The notes under the pieces are model-generated. The model saw only the letters and a program-made list of their open reading frames with translations, searched no databases and was not told the origin of the DNA. A DNA stretch of 51,518 nucleotides, filler included, from Dirinaria sp. TL-2023a (taxonomy: Eukaryota): NCBI GenBank assembly GCA_051941275.1. It is 3 parts of 3 records of this genome, joined end to end, with 100 filler letters (N's around TTAATTAATTAA, not from the genome) between each part and the next. Parts side by side here need not be neighbours in the genome. Positions count along the whole stretch, not along the records: positions 17,223 to 34,343 come from JAVEBF010000454.1; positions 34,444 to 51,518 come from JAVEBF010000455.1; 1 more part is not named here. One strand, 5' to 3'. Position 1 is the first letter of the stretch; each line of letters opens with the position of its first letter. Positions 23,068-34,971 of this stretch are shown here, piece after piece. Position numbers and translations under genes: made by a program.

Positions 23068-26000
23068 ATGGATAAGTACAAGACGAATGCGCTGGACACG
23101 CCGTTCTTGTACCCGTCAATGAGACTCTCGAACATGGATATGTCCTACAAGATCGACGAGGGGTATTCGGAGGAGACCCGGAGCCAGGATGAACTGGACT
23201 CGGCTATGAGGCTGGAATCGAGTACAGACGAGATGTTGCCCAACCCGATGCGCCTGGCCATGGATAGTATCATGAGCTTAAGAGAGGAAGACAGGAGCGG
23301 TATGGCTTGAATCATGGGAGATCAACGGAGTCCTACATGCTAATGAACTACTCAGAATTTGTATACAACGTTCTTCAAACGCTTCGCACGTCTTCTATAG
23401 CCCGCATCGTGGAAAGACTGACGCCGCATTTGCATAAGGATCCGTTGACATACCTCCCGCCCGAAGTCACATCAGAGATTTTCTCGTACCTGAGCCCCTC
23501 GATGCTGCTCGAAGCTTCAAGAGTCTCCAGGCCATGGAGGGAACGGACGCTTGACAGCCGTCTCTGGAAACTCAAGTTTTTTTCAGAGGGGTGGGACTTG
23601 GAAGTGGACGAGCTTAGAGCTCTTGAACAAAGCCCGGACTCGCCACGAAAGGCTAGGAGTCGACGAGCCGAAACCTACGGCGAACAGCGCCGACAAAGAC
23701 GGCGGATGCACGGGGCCAGCGAAGCAGATACGACGACAGGCCAGAACGCACTAAGAGACCCATTATCTCTCCGGCATGAGGCTCAGCATTGGAGCGAGCA
23801 AAATGGTGCAGTTGAAGCCGACACTGAGCATGATTCGCCAGCCCTTGGATCATCCAAGGATGAGGAGATGTTGGACGTGGATCGTGGCATTATGACACCG
23901 CTTGCGCGTGAAGCACAAGATTTTCCACTTCTTGATGCTGAGCCATGGTCTACGAATGGCAAAAACCTTGTCCGGGGTACAGTGGTTCCGCCTGAGAGCA
24001 TTCAGGGGTTATCTCGCCCCGTCGACGCTCGACAGACCTCTGAGACCAGCATAGGCAACACACAGCAAACTCGTTTCAACATAGATCCTCCATTAATATC
24101 TTACCCCGTCCGAGGCCAGCCGCGACTGAATTATCAGCAGCTGTACAAACAAAGGCGGAAGTTAGAAGAGAATTGGAACACGTGCGCGTATAAGAGTTTC
24201 CAACTGCCTCACCGTGACCATCCCGAAGAAGCTCACCGCGAATGCGTGTATACGATCCAGTATATTGGAAGGTATCTGGTGAGCGGCAGTCGGGACCGAA
24301 CTTTGCGCAAATGGGACCTGGAGACTCAGCGACTGATTGGCAAGCCTTTGCAAGGGCACTCCGCGTCCGTGCTGTGCTTGCAGTTTGATAACAGCAAAGA
24401 CGAAGACGTGATTATTTCCGGAAGCAGTGACACAGATGTTATCATATGGCGCTATTCCACTGGCGAGCTCGTCGAAAGAATTACACAAGCGCATAGAGAA
24501 CCAGTATTAAACTTAAAGTTCGACCACCGATTTCTAGTTACATGTTCCAAAGACAAATCGATCAAGATATGGAACAGGCACAAAATTTCTCCAGGCCATA
24601 AAGATTACCCAAGTAAAGGCGTGAGAGGTGGCGGGAAATGTCCGGCGTATATTGTTGATTTAACAACTATCGGCTCGAACCCGTTCGACATACATAAATT
24701 TCTAACTGCTGATCAAAGAGCGCCTTTACGAGAGTATACCCACTTGATGACTTTGGACTCCCATTCAGCGGCTGTCAATGCCATTCACATTTACAAAGAC
24801 CAACTCGTTTCTGCCTCTGGCGATCGCTTTGTCAAGGTATGGAACATCCACACTGGCGAGTGCACCGCAACATGCAGAGGCCATCAGAAAGGAATTGCTT
24901 GTGTGCAATATGACGGGAAGCGTATCATAAGCGGTAGTAGCGATAATACGATCAGAATATATGACCCCGCAACCCAAGGCGAAGTTGCTTGTCTCCAGGG
25001 GCATTCGAGGTTGGTGCGTACGATACAATCCGCTTTTGAGGACCTCCCTGGCTCCCGAGACCAGCTTGAGAAAGAAGCACAGGATATCGACGGGCAGTTC
25101 TGGCTTGCACATGACGGGAGACTCCCCAACGACGATGGCTTCCGTAAGCGGAACCCTGGCTCAAAACAGCCGAAGGACATCACAGCAGTTGGACTCAAGC
25201 TTCCCCCTGGCGGGGGTGGGAGTAGCTGGGGACGCATCGTCTCTGGCTCTTACGACGAGACTATCATAATATGGAGAAAGGGATCCGATGGCCGCTGGGT
25301 CCCAGGCCATCGACTGCGGCAAGAAGAGGCTCTTCGCGCGGCTGGTGGCCCTCTAGCTTCTGGCTCCGAACCTCCACCGCCGCAAAATGCCGACATACCA
25401 TTTACAAACCGGAGGCAGCTGAGCGCCCAACGAACGAATGCTTCATACCAACCCCAGCGCACTGTAGATCCAGAGGCCCGACAAGGTATGGCTTTCCCAC
25501 AGGGACGATCTCAGCTCCCGCACGAGCCGCAGAATGGTCTGCAACCTCTGCAGCAGCCGATGAGCCATGAACCACAACAGGCAAACCAATCCAGGCCCAG
25601 ACCGAATCCCGCGACGCGTCTACTCACCACACAACAACCCTTTTCCCAATCACATAATCCGCACCAGTCCAGTAGCCATGCGCCCGTTCGCTCATCAATA
25701 TCCACCACCCAAGCAAACCAAGACCCTCGCAGCCAGCAGCAGCAGCAGCAGCAGCAGCATCTCCTCTCCGACGCGGGTCCCTCGTCTCGCCAATCCAACC
25801 TGGATCAAGCACGTCAGCCGCCAATCCTGGACACCCAACCAATCCCACCAAACAGTCTCCAACAACCACTCATCCCACAGCAACAACAACAACAATCATC
25901 AGCATCATCTCAGCATCCCCAGCCATCATCAGCCCATCCCCAGCATCCATTCCCTCAACAACAACACAACGCTCATCCTCCCCCACAAACCAGCACCTAC

Positions 26001-26240
26001 CAACCTCACCAACCAGCAGCAACAACGCAGAACCATCGCCCTGCCGCGCCCCCACAACCACCACCAGCAGCTGACCCAGCGGCCATGCAGTCGCAGCCGA
26101 ACGCTCGCGTGTTCAAGCTACAGTTCGATGCCCGCCGGATTATCTGCTGCAGCCAGGACCCAAAGATCGTAGGATGGGATTTCGCGAACGGGGACGAGCG
26201 GATCGTCGAGGCTAGTCGCTTCTTTAAAGCACCGCAGTAG
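23068..26240 (+). CDS. FWD1: F-box/WD40 protein, FWD1/beta-TrCP-like SCF substrate receptor, ~1038 aa
   Basis: Exons 23068-23299 and 23356-26240. KIDEGYSEETRS N-terminal motif, F-box DPLTYLPPEVTSEIFSYL, WD repeats (HRECVYTIQY, SGSRDRTL, HSASVLCLQFD, HSAAVNA, GHQKGIACVQYD, SGSYDETI, RVFKLQFDARRIICCSQD). The FWD1 orthology is an inference. Confidence 0.85.
25734..25757 (+). repeat. (CAG)8 coding microsatellite (polyQ)
   Basis: Eight perfect CAG units encoding Q8 in the F-box/WD40 low-complexity insert. Confidence 0.95.
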
Positions 26241-26649
26241 TACCTACCTTTTTGATACAATCTGGGTTCCGGGGAACTTTTTAGCATCTTTTTCGTTTGA
26301 TTTCTTTCGTCCCCATTTTGTCTTTTCTCAGGGGAAATCTGAGTGGGCAGTATCATGGCAAGCGGGGGGGTTTTGCTTTTAATGCGAATTTCATGATTGC
26401 CTTTTTTGTTTTTTGATGGAGAAAGCTATAATAAGCTATGCAATGAAAGGGGGGATTTTCAAGGCGTTTTTAACTAGAGGGGGCGAATATGTTGCCACTT
26501 TTGCACTTTTGTAGCTGGTAACATCAAAGGGTTATGATGCAGGATCGATCCTAAGTAAGTATGTAGGTAATAATGCTCGGTGATGAAACCTCTGGCATTG
26601 AGGTGGGGGGGAGGGGGACATAAAGTCATGGAACTTACCTCAGCTTTTC

Positions 26650-26700
26650 AAAAAAAAAAAAACTTTGCAATGCCAATGCTGATGCCAATGCTAAATGCAT

Positions 26701-26734
<34 letters not shown>

Positions 26735-26756
26735 TTTTTTTTGGGGGGGGGGGGGG
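26650..26756. repeat. Homopolymer cluster (A13; T~32, T8, G~14) between convergent 3' ends of the F-box/WD40 gene and RFT1
   Basis: Directly visible mononucleotide runs, with a short direct repeat atgccaatgct x2 between them. Confidence 0.9.
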
Positions 26757-26766
26757 AGAAAAGGAT

Positions 26767-28644
26767 TCATTTCTCCTTCTTCGTCCGCGCTTCTACGGAT
26801 GACGGTCTGGATCGGGATTTCAGTTTCTCGTAGCACTGCATGACGAATTTGCGTTCGTCGAAGATTCTGTGCTCAGTTAGCTACTGCACCTTTATTTTTT
26901 TAAAAATTGGTGGTGATGGGGAGAAAACTCACACAACAGACCCAAAACACGCCGCGACCGCGACCCATTTCCCCACATCCATCCAGCTGCCATCGAACCC
27001 GGCCTCCATCTTCTTCAAGACGACCGCGCTAACAAGCGCAGACCCCATCGTCGCCGAACCCGGGAACAACGCTTTCAGACTTAAAACCTGGCCCCGATCC
27101 CTCAACCAGCCACTCACGAACCCCCAGCTCCACACGATCCGCATGCCCATGCTGGCGCAGTTGGCGAGCACGAGGCCCCTCGCTTCGAGCTCGCAGACCC
27201 GGAGCACGAGGTACCCGCAGGCCACGAACCCGGCGCTGAAGGCGATCCACCACGCCGACTGCCGCCTGAGCTCGGCCGGGTTGGCGACGGCTGACACGAA
27301 TGCTTCGAGGAGCCCGTTTATGGCGAGGAGAGGGATGTAGTAGCTGTAGACGGCGAGTACGGCGGGGGCTTCGGTGTGCGCCCATGTCGGGCCTGCGATT
27401 GTGCGGAGGAGAAGGGGGGCGATGGTGGGGCCGAGTGCGAGGAGAGAGGTTGAGAAGAGGAGGTAGAGTTGGAGGATTGTGGTTAGGAAGTGGGCTGCGT
27501 GCGCGTACGGGTTGGGGGGTTGGCAGTCGTGCGGAGTGGGTTCTGGGTGCTTTGTGGGTTTTTGAGGGGCGGAGGTGGGTGAGGGGCTGTTGGTGAGCAG
27601 GCGGGCGAAGAACGAGCGTGAGGATTCTTCGATGGGTTGCAATAGGATGCGGGCTAGCAGACCGCCGTAGTTGGCAGCTAGCGCGTAGGCCCCCTGCGCT
27701 GCCAGCTGGCTGAAGGAGGTGATGAGGTAGCTGTCCCCGTTTGTGAGCAGCTGTTTGAATACCGATTGCCCGTAGAGGTTACTGGCTAGGTTGACGAGGG
27801 GCCTGGAGAAGCGCTGGAAGTAGTAGGATTCGGGACTTGCGGGGAGAATGATTTGCGGGAGGATGGAGAACTGGTTTTCGAATGCCAGCGTGTAGACTCT
27901 GGACAGGTATACCGCGTTCAGCACCAAGGCATAGCTGATTTGTCCAATCGCGAATGGTAGTGCGCCGAGCTCGGTCCCGGTTCTGGCGGCCCAGATTACG
28001 ATGGCGCAGGTGCTGACGCATTTTGTGGATGTTGCGAATGTTTCGGCTGTTGCTCGCGTGCTGTACAGCATCTGCTGCTGCGCGATAGCGAAGGAAGGCT
28101 CGTTGAGCAATTCAAGGATGGTGGCTACAATGTAGCCGTGCAATGCTTCGTAGATGTAGGGCGTTTGGTGCACGGCCGAACCGGCGCTTTTGAGGTAGAC
28201 GTTGGAAAGGATGTACGAGAGGGGCACGCCGATGGCGACAGCGATGTAGGCGAGGTTGATGGTTTCCTGGGCGCGCTGGCTCGGTACATGCTCGTCTGGC
28301 TGCCCGTCCCCCGTCGTATCCTCGTTCACCCTCGCCTCGTTCCATTTCCCAGGGTATTCCCTCCCTTCCTCACGTCGTTGGCGTTGGAGCGCGACTCGAA
28401 TGCTCTCGCACGCGAAGTATAGTGTCGAGCTTGCGAAGAGGTCTAATTGCGTTGCAATGCCGAGGGTTTCCGGGGAGAGATACCGTAGGAGGATCTGGTT
28501 GAGGAGGAAAGTCGTAGCTCGCGATCCGATTCGAAGGAGGACCAGGTAGGTTGCTCCCTGCGCTGACTGCGCGAGGAGTGGAGTGACGCCCGGCTGGATT
28601 GGTTTTGGATCTTTCACTGGGTCGATAGTGTCGGCTTCAGACAT
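26767..28644 (-). CDS. RFT1: Oligosaccharide translocation protein Rft1, ~603 aa
   Basis: Exons 28644-26933 and 26866-26767 (intron GTGAGT..CTAAC..CAG). Motifs: GATYLVLLRIGSRATTFLLNQILLRYLSP, FACESIRVALQR, LELLNEP, FKQLLTNGD, QGAYALAANYGGLLARILLQPIEESSR, YIPLLAINGLLEAF, GLVLANCASM. Confidence 0.92.
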
Positions 28645-29023
28645 CGTCCTAGAGCGAGTTGCGCATGAGGCTGGCGAGGGCTGGGCTTTAAGGGATATCT
28701 GGTATGGATTGGGGTTTGTAGCTACTTTGTCTCCGGATCTCTTCTCACGACTGGGTATTCATGGTTAAGCTGAGCATGACTGGATCCAGACATACGATAA
28801 TCATGAATACAGGGGGGAGGGCAGGGGACGAAGTGCCTGAGTCCAGGTGCAAGTCAAACAGATTCGACCTCCATCTTTCTCAATTGGGCTGAAAATAGGG
28901 TTTGACCACTAAGGGTTCAACTTCGGGATTTCGTCATCACCATCAGCTTCGGCCATTGCATCATTGGAGAGATTAATGGAGAGCAATGAAGGTACTCGAG
29001 TATGTCATTTGCAATTTACCTAT

Positions 29024-29067
29024 CTCTGCGAGAGTAAAGAGCTCTGCGAGAGTAGAGAGCGCTGCGA
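29024..29067 (+). repeat. 18-bp tandem repeat (~2.4 copies) in the RFT1/TF divergent intergenic region
   Basis: ctctgcgagagtaaagag / ctctgcgagagtagagag / cgctgcga. Confidence 0.8.
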
Positions 29068-29425
29068 TCCCAGACGAGCTCTACTCGCAGCCGATAAGTT
29101 TTTTAGCATTCTGCTACCACTCCCTCCGCGCGGGAAAATTCGTCCTAGCGAAGCATGAAGTCTCGACTGCTGTTGCACGTTATGGATCATATTATATAAT
29201 CTCACACTTCAATCGCAAACCAGTGAGCTCGAGCGCTGCGTCCAAAAAATGGCAGTGGCAGGGGTGTACCTTAGGATCTGCAATCTACTGCATTGCAGCA
29301 AAGGATTCGGACAATTGCTAGCGATTCCGAACACTTCCCTCTCCGATCTCCGCCAACAGACTTCTCACTTCCCTGGTCCATCCTGGGTAAGATGAAGCTC
29401 TTTTTCACATTGATCTCCGAGTAGA

Positions 29426-32157
29426 ATGGCTCCGCAGCAAGAGTGCAACATCTGTCACAGAGGGTTCCGACGAAAGTCCGTTCGTTGTTAGAACCTGCCT
29501 CTTAGGTGTGGGCTAATTGGAGAACTTAGTGATTCTCTACGTCGCCATTTGCAAGTGCACGAGCCGAACCGTCCCAAAAAGGAACGGAGAAGATCCTGCT
29601 TGCAATGTATCACGTATGTCTCTGATGAGGAAGGCTGTCATCATCGCATGAGAGGCTTCAACTTAGTCATCAGCTAAACGTCATCTTGTCTGATAGCTCG
29701 AAGATACGGTGTTCGCGTGAGCGCCCGTCGTGTCAAGCTTGCCGCAAGAGCGAGTCTCGGTGCGAATATGGGTCGAGCGAGGCGACGGTACAGTCTCCCA
29801 CGGAGCCCCAACCTGTGACCGCTCCACAGCCACTGCATGGTGGCCAAGATGCGTTGCTTGGACAAGCCATACCCACCGATGATGCTGGTGCGTGTCGTGT
29901 CGATATGTGTCGCCAATATAACGGCTGATGGCAGGCGGAGTAGACGGAGCAGACGCCTCACTGTTCGACTCGAATTTAGAAGCTCCTGCCGTAGCTTTTG
30001 GAGAGACGATCGACTCTACCTCCGATCCGATTCAACTTATTGATGATATGGCATTCTATGACTGGGGGAATACCTTTTGGTCCGACTGGCTTTTCCCAGG
30101 TGGAATGGCGACAGATGGACTGGTCCCTCCTTACGTTCCTCTCAACGATCCGGCGTCTGCGGAAAATCAAGAACCTGGAGGTATTGCTACGGCGGCGACA
30201 GACCCAGAAGTGCCTAAAGTCGGGCAAACAAGGGAATCTCTTCGTGAGACCATAACGTCCATCCTCCCTCTTCCATATAGTAATCCGTTGAAGAACTCGT
30301 GGCCTTTTGCAAGTGCAGACGATGCTGAACCCTTGCAGTCAATACCTCAATTGAGTGCAGCAAGTCGGGCATCCGAGGTTTCTTACTTCCATTTGCCAGT
30401 AATGACCGATACCACCTTCGGTAACATACTGCAAGCGGTCAAGATCCCTATGACACACCCTCCATGGCGTACCTTGTCGCTCGAGGCCTTTCCTACAAGC
30501 TCTTACATGGATGAATGTATCGACTTGTACTTTGCCAAATTTCATCCTGTGAGAATGGTGCATAACTTTTCATAACGTGTACCGGCTAATGTATCAGCAG
30601 TCTTTCGCGTTTATCCACCGCCCAAGCTTTGATGTTAATAAAAATTCGCTACTTGTCACACTTGCAATGGTTTCGATTGGCGCATGCTATTCCGAGCGAG
30701 AAGGAGTTCATGATTTTGCCACTGCGTTGGCGGAACTTAATCGTCGTCTCCTCCTGTTCATGGCATGCAAAACTGTGCTCTAACCCAGTAATATGCTAAT
30801 CTGGACTCACAGGGCGAGTACGATCCTAGTTGTATGAAAAGCTCGGACTATGTCACTGCTCAAGTCCTTGGGTTCCTTTTCGGAATTTGTAGTGGCAATA
30901 GAAGACACTTCGAGCTGAGCGAGTCAATACGAAGTACATTGGTCACTCAGGCTGCCTCGATGGGACTCTTCGACGAGATCAAAGCTTCAGCGTCCATTGA
31001 TCCTTCTATTGCTAGCCTCTGGTCTTCGTGGATTCAAGAAGAGACTCTATGTCGTCTTGGCTGGGCTATCTATGTATGCCGACTCCTGTAAGAGTTTACC
31101 GCTTCCAGTAACTTACTGAAGACAGGAAATAGATGCCTCGGTGACATTTCTTCTGAATAAACGTCCTTATCTGTCCGTCAGTAGTATGCGCCTTCAATTA
31201 CCAAGTTCAGAGGATCTCTGGGAAGCGGATTCAGCACAAGCATGGGCGTCATTACATCCCTCAAGCCCCCTGGCTCCCGTCAGAAAAAGCTTTCCAACCG
31301 TTTTAGGACTTGTTCTCACCGGACATGGCTATGAGATCGTCCGCAGTATAAAAGACCCACAGCATAGGCATTTCATCATAGTTACTCTGGCGCGTATGAT
31401 ATGGAGCCTAAAGGAGATCCAGGCGGTCCCAGGGGCTCAATTTGGAAGATTTCCTATTAACGGATTTCAGGAGACGAAAACAGAAGCTATCAAACTGCTC
31501 GAAGCTTTCAGACTCAATATCGTACTGCCATTGCATGGCCAATTGCCAAGTGCAGTAGGACTTATGCTGCGCAGTTGTCTAGTTACTCATGTGTCAAATC
31601 TGTATGCCGCTGACGATCTAATGGACTGGTTCTATCCATTGGTTCGCCGAGGCCATGTCGCTGCGCGCTGGAAAACGCGTGCGGCGCATTGGGCTTCCCA
31701 GAATCCAACGAAGGTGCGCGAGGCAGCTTACCATAGCGCTCAAATTCTGACTATAGCCCGCAAATTCCCAATCAATTTCCCGGCGGAAGTCTTCGACACC
31801 TTCCACGCTGGACTCTATCTGTGGCTGGTCTCAGGTCTATGGCAAGACCAACAGGATGGCACTGGGTTACGGGCTGGAGAACAATGCATCGAGATCCGTC
31901 TTGATGTACTACAATTCGAAGCGAGCGATGATGGCTGCTCAGATATGGTCGCTCAATGGATCAAAGATGGCAGTGGAACAGTGAATACTCGCGTCAGTAT
32001 ACATGGCGTGCCTGACTTGGCTGGCCTCGATGGCCCAGTGCAAATCCTACAACAAGTCGCCAAGCTTCTAGAGCGCATGAAAGTTTGGAAGATCAGTCAG
32101 AATCTGCTACGAATCGTTCTAGGATTGCTTCCGGAGAGAAATCAACTTTCTCCATGA
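29426..32157 (+). CDS. Fungal transcription factor: one C2H2 finger, a Zn(II)2Cys6 cluster and a fungal-specific TF (middle homology) domain, ~797 aa
   Basis: Exons 29426-29475, 29530-29613, 29697-29887, 29935-30548, 30601-30762, 30813-31073, 31126-32157 splice into one frame. C2H2 CNICHRGFRRNDSLRRHLQVH; Zn2Cys6 CLQCITSKIRCSRERPSCQACRKSESRC; IDLYFAKFHPSFAFIHRPSF; WSSWIQEETLCRLGW; LPSSEDLWEA. Confidence 0.88.
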
Positions 32158-32874
32158 CAGATATGCTAGGTTATAGCGCGAAGACACAGTGTAGCCATAA
32201 ACATGAGACAGCTTGGAAACCTGATTGAAAGCCAGAAATCCCTTGTTCAATCTTAAATCCAACCTTTAAGCTCACGTATGGAATTTCCCTGTACTGCTTG
32301 GGTTGTCACGCAGCACGCGAAGACTTGACAATTGTTCGCTACACTTGCTCAAGCTAAAATCTACTGCCATTGGCAATAATTACTGGATCCTCTCCTTTTA
32401 ATTTGATAAGCCACCGACCCTACGAGGCTTGAAGCAGTCTAGAAGCTACAAGGGGCTTACATACTCAACATTATTGCATTCACGGTCACTCAGAGAAACG
32501 AAATTTCTTATCTGAAACCTGTAAGCTTGCAAAGCGGCGAGAAAATAGTGCAGCGAAGAAAGCACGCTCCCAATGTCTACGGATAGTAGTTGATTGATGG
32601 TTCGCAACACTAGCCTCTTCGAGGGATTGGGAGACTTGAAGGATCTGAATGCGGAACCAGGGTACGAGAAGGTCATAGACGCAATGCCACATAAAGCTCC
32701 GAACACCATTCGGACTTCGTTGTGGGTGTGACACAGCACAAGCAAGAACTCGGTCATATTTCTCTACTATGTGCGCAGTAAACTGATCTCCACTCCGGAA
32801 CACAATCTTGACCGGTTGCCCTGTGATGAGTTACTCTGGAAACCAGAGTGAGAGGCAGTCTGCCCCGGATGAGA

Positions 32875-32880
32875 TATAAA
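32875..32880 (+). promoter_or_regulatory. TATA box upstream of LinD-like gene
   Basis: TATAAA about 70 nt upstream of ATG 32949, preceded by several CCGG triplets. Confidence 0.45.
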
Positions 32881-32948
32881 GGCTCCTACGTTTCCTTTCA
32901 CAGCTGGAGTTATTTGCAACAGCAACAATACTTGAACAATCATACAAT

Positions 32949-34343
32949 ATGCCACACGCTACTTACCAACGACTCGAAGGCGATGCCATACCTTCTCCTT
33001 CAGAGCAAGTACAAGATGATAAACTGCGTGGAAGCCTGCCTCATGCCTTGCCTACTCGCTACGTTGAAGAAATCTCCAAGCTGCCAAAGCTCACTCGAGA
33101 GCAATGCGGTCATATCCGACACATCTACAACCTTGTGTCACAGCCAGATAACGAATGGGCGTTCATGGGAGCCGATTCCGGGCAAGAATACGACGATGCC
33201 TTCCGTTATCAGCTGTCGGCCATGACTTACGCCGCTGGAGCAGCCCACTATCATCGTCTGCCTGCGCTTCGGTCCGTGTTTCGATCTTTGATTCAGAAGT
33301 TGATCTCGAAAATGCTTCTTCCAGAAGTATGGGGGTACTGGTACTTGACCAGTCAATCGGGGAAGAAGGTCGATCCGGATCTCAAAGAGTTGAGGAAGCC
33401 ATGGGCCGATCCCGTCCGCAAGGAGAATGTCATGGTGAGTGATGCTCACAACTCCCTTTTGATTCGAATGTTGGAGAAGGTTATTGAACTAGCAATCGAA
33501 CTAAGCTCTGTCGCAACAGTATTCGGGGCACTTGTTGTTGATGGTGTCTCTCTATTCAATGCTATTCGCAGACGATCGCTACGACAAAGAGGACAGCATA
33601 GTCTTCGATTGGAGCCCGATGTGGTGGGGGATGGGTCCCGAACGCTTCAGCTACACCAGGATGAAGCTGCAAGAAACCATCCTCAAGGGAATGGAAAGCA
33701 CAGGCTGGATCGGTGCATGCTGCGAGCCAAACATGGTTTTCATCATCTGCAACCAATTCCCGGTAAGTCGTCAAGGATACTCGATGATTGTCCACAAATG
33801 CTGACACGAGGCAGCTGATCGCGACTCGATACAATGATGTCTTCAACGGAACCAACATCCTCGACGACGTGCTCGCCAAATATAGAAAAGCTTGGGACAG
33901 CCGGGGAATGGTATCGGAGAACGGACTATTCCGCAAATTCTACTCCGTCCGACAGGACCGTATGGTTGAAGGACAAGAGATCTCGCATTCCGCCTGGTAA
34001 GCTTCCATTCATTCACCCTCCAACTTGCACCTCTTCCTCTCTAACCTCGGATTTTCATCCCGCAGGATAATGGCATTCATGCCCTGGAACCACTCCCTCA
34101 TCCAAAGCATGTCCCCCGCCGCCGGTATAGGGTATCTCCAACGCACCTCGGACCGAATCAACATCCGCCCCGCCGCCCTCGCCAACGCCATCAAACGCAT
34201 CTCCGCGGCCGAAAACCTAGACCCGGAGTCCCCCACGGTGCTCGAACGCGCGCAGCGCGAAACCTCCCAAGAGCAAATCCAACCCCACCAACAACCCCAA
34301 CCCCCCACCAGCAACAACAGCAGCAAAAAACCGAAATACCTCC
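32949..34343 (+). CDS. Linalool dehydratase/isomerase (LinD/Ldi)-family protein, 3' end lost in gap
   Basis: Exons 32949-33434, 33520-33762, 33815-33996, 34066-34343+. Spliced motifs FRYQL, DPVRKENVMYSGHLLLM and ACCEPNMVFIICNQ resemble the bacterial LinD motifs ENIMYKGHL and CEPDNYFVQCN as I recall them. Confidence 0.8.
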
Positions 34344-34443
34344 NNNNNNNNNNNNNNNNNNNNNNNNNNNNNNNNNNNNNNNNNNNNTTAATTAATTAAN
34401 NNNNNNNNNNNNNNNNNNNNNNNNNNNNNNNNNNNNNNNNNNN
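34344..34443. other. Artificial contig-joining spacer (N44-TTAATTAATTAA-N44)
   Basis: Same 100-nt design as 17123-17222. Confidence 0.98.
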
Positions 34444-34491
34444 GTTTGTGTTGCGTATGTCCGGCCGTTGGCGGAGGGTGGAGCAGAACAT
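34444..34491 (-). CDS. Possible 5' start of an unidentified gene running into the gap (MFCSTLRQRPDIRNTN...)
   Basis: ATG in strong fungal context (aatcacaATG) after a C-rich leader. Only 16 codons are visible. Confidence 0.2.
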
Positions 34492-34971
34492 TGTGATTTG
34501 TGGCTGGCTGATGGGGAGGGTTGGTGGTGGTGGGTGAGAAGGAGGAAGTGGAAAGGGATGATTCGGAGGAGATGAGAGGTGGAAGGTTGTGTAGGTAGGT
34601 CTTACACTACATGTGTGGTGCTTACTTAGGCGAGGGTATGTGAACATGGGAAAACTCGGTGGAGGAAAAGAAAAGTACAATGTTTTTAAAGAAGCTGAGC
34701 TTTATTTATCTAGGTAGGATTTGGATAAGTAGAGAGACTCCCCTACAGTGTCCCGAGGTATCATAGATACATACGTACCAAGAACTCCTGTGTATACTCC
34801 ACGCATTCAGGCTTTTCACACATTTCACACACCACTCTTTTGTTCTTTCTTGTTCATACCTTACCTATCTATTTCAGAAAAAAAATTGCAATGCATTGCA
34901 CATAGGCGGCTGGTCATAGCCCAGCCATAAGCAGCCAGCTGTACAGCTCTCCGAGCCAATCTTAGGCGGCT

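Noticed and set aside
29614..29696. Intronic box C/D snoRNA (TGATGA near the 5' end, CTGA near the 3' end) in TF intron 2
   Set aside because: The CTGA lies downstream of the branch point, next to the acceptor, which is incompatible with an intronic snoRNA. No rRNA-antisense element was recognised.
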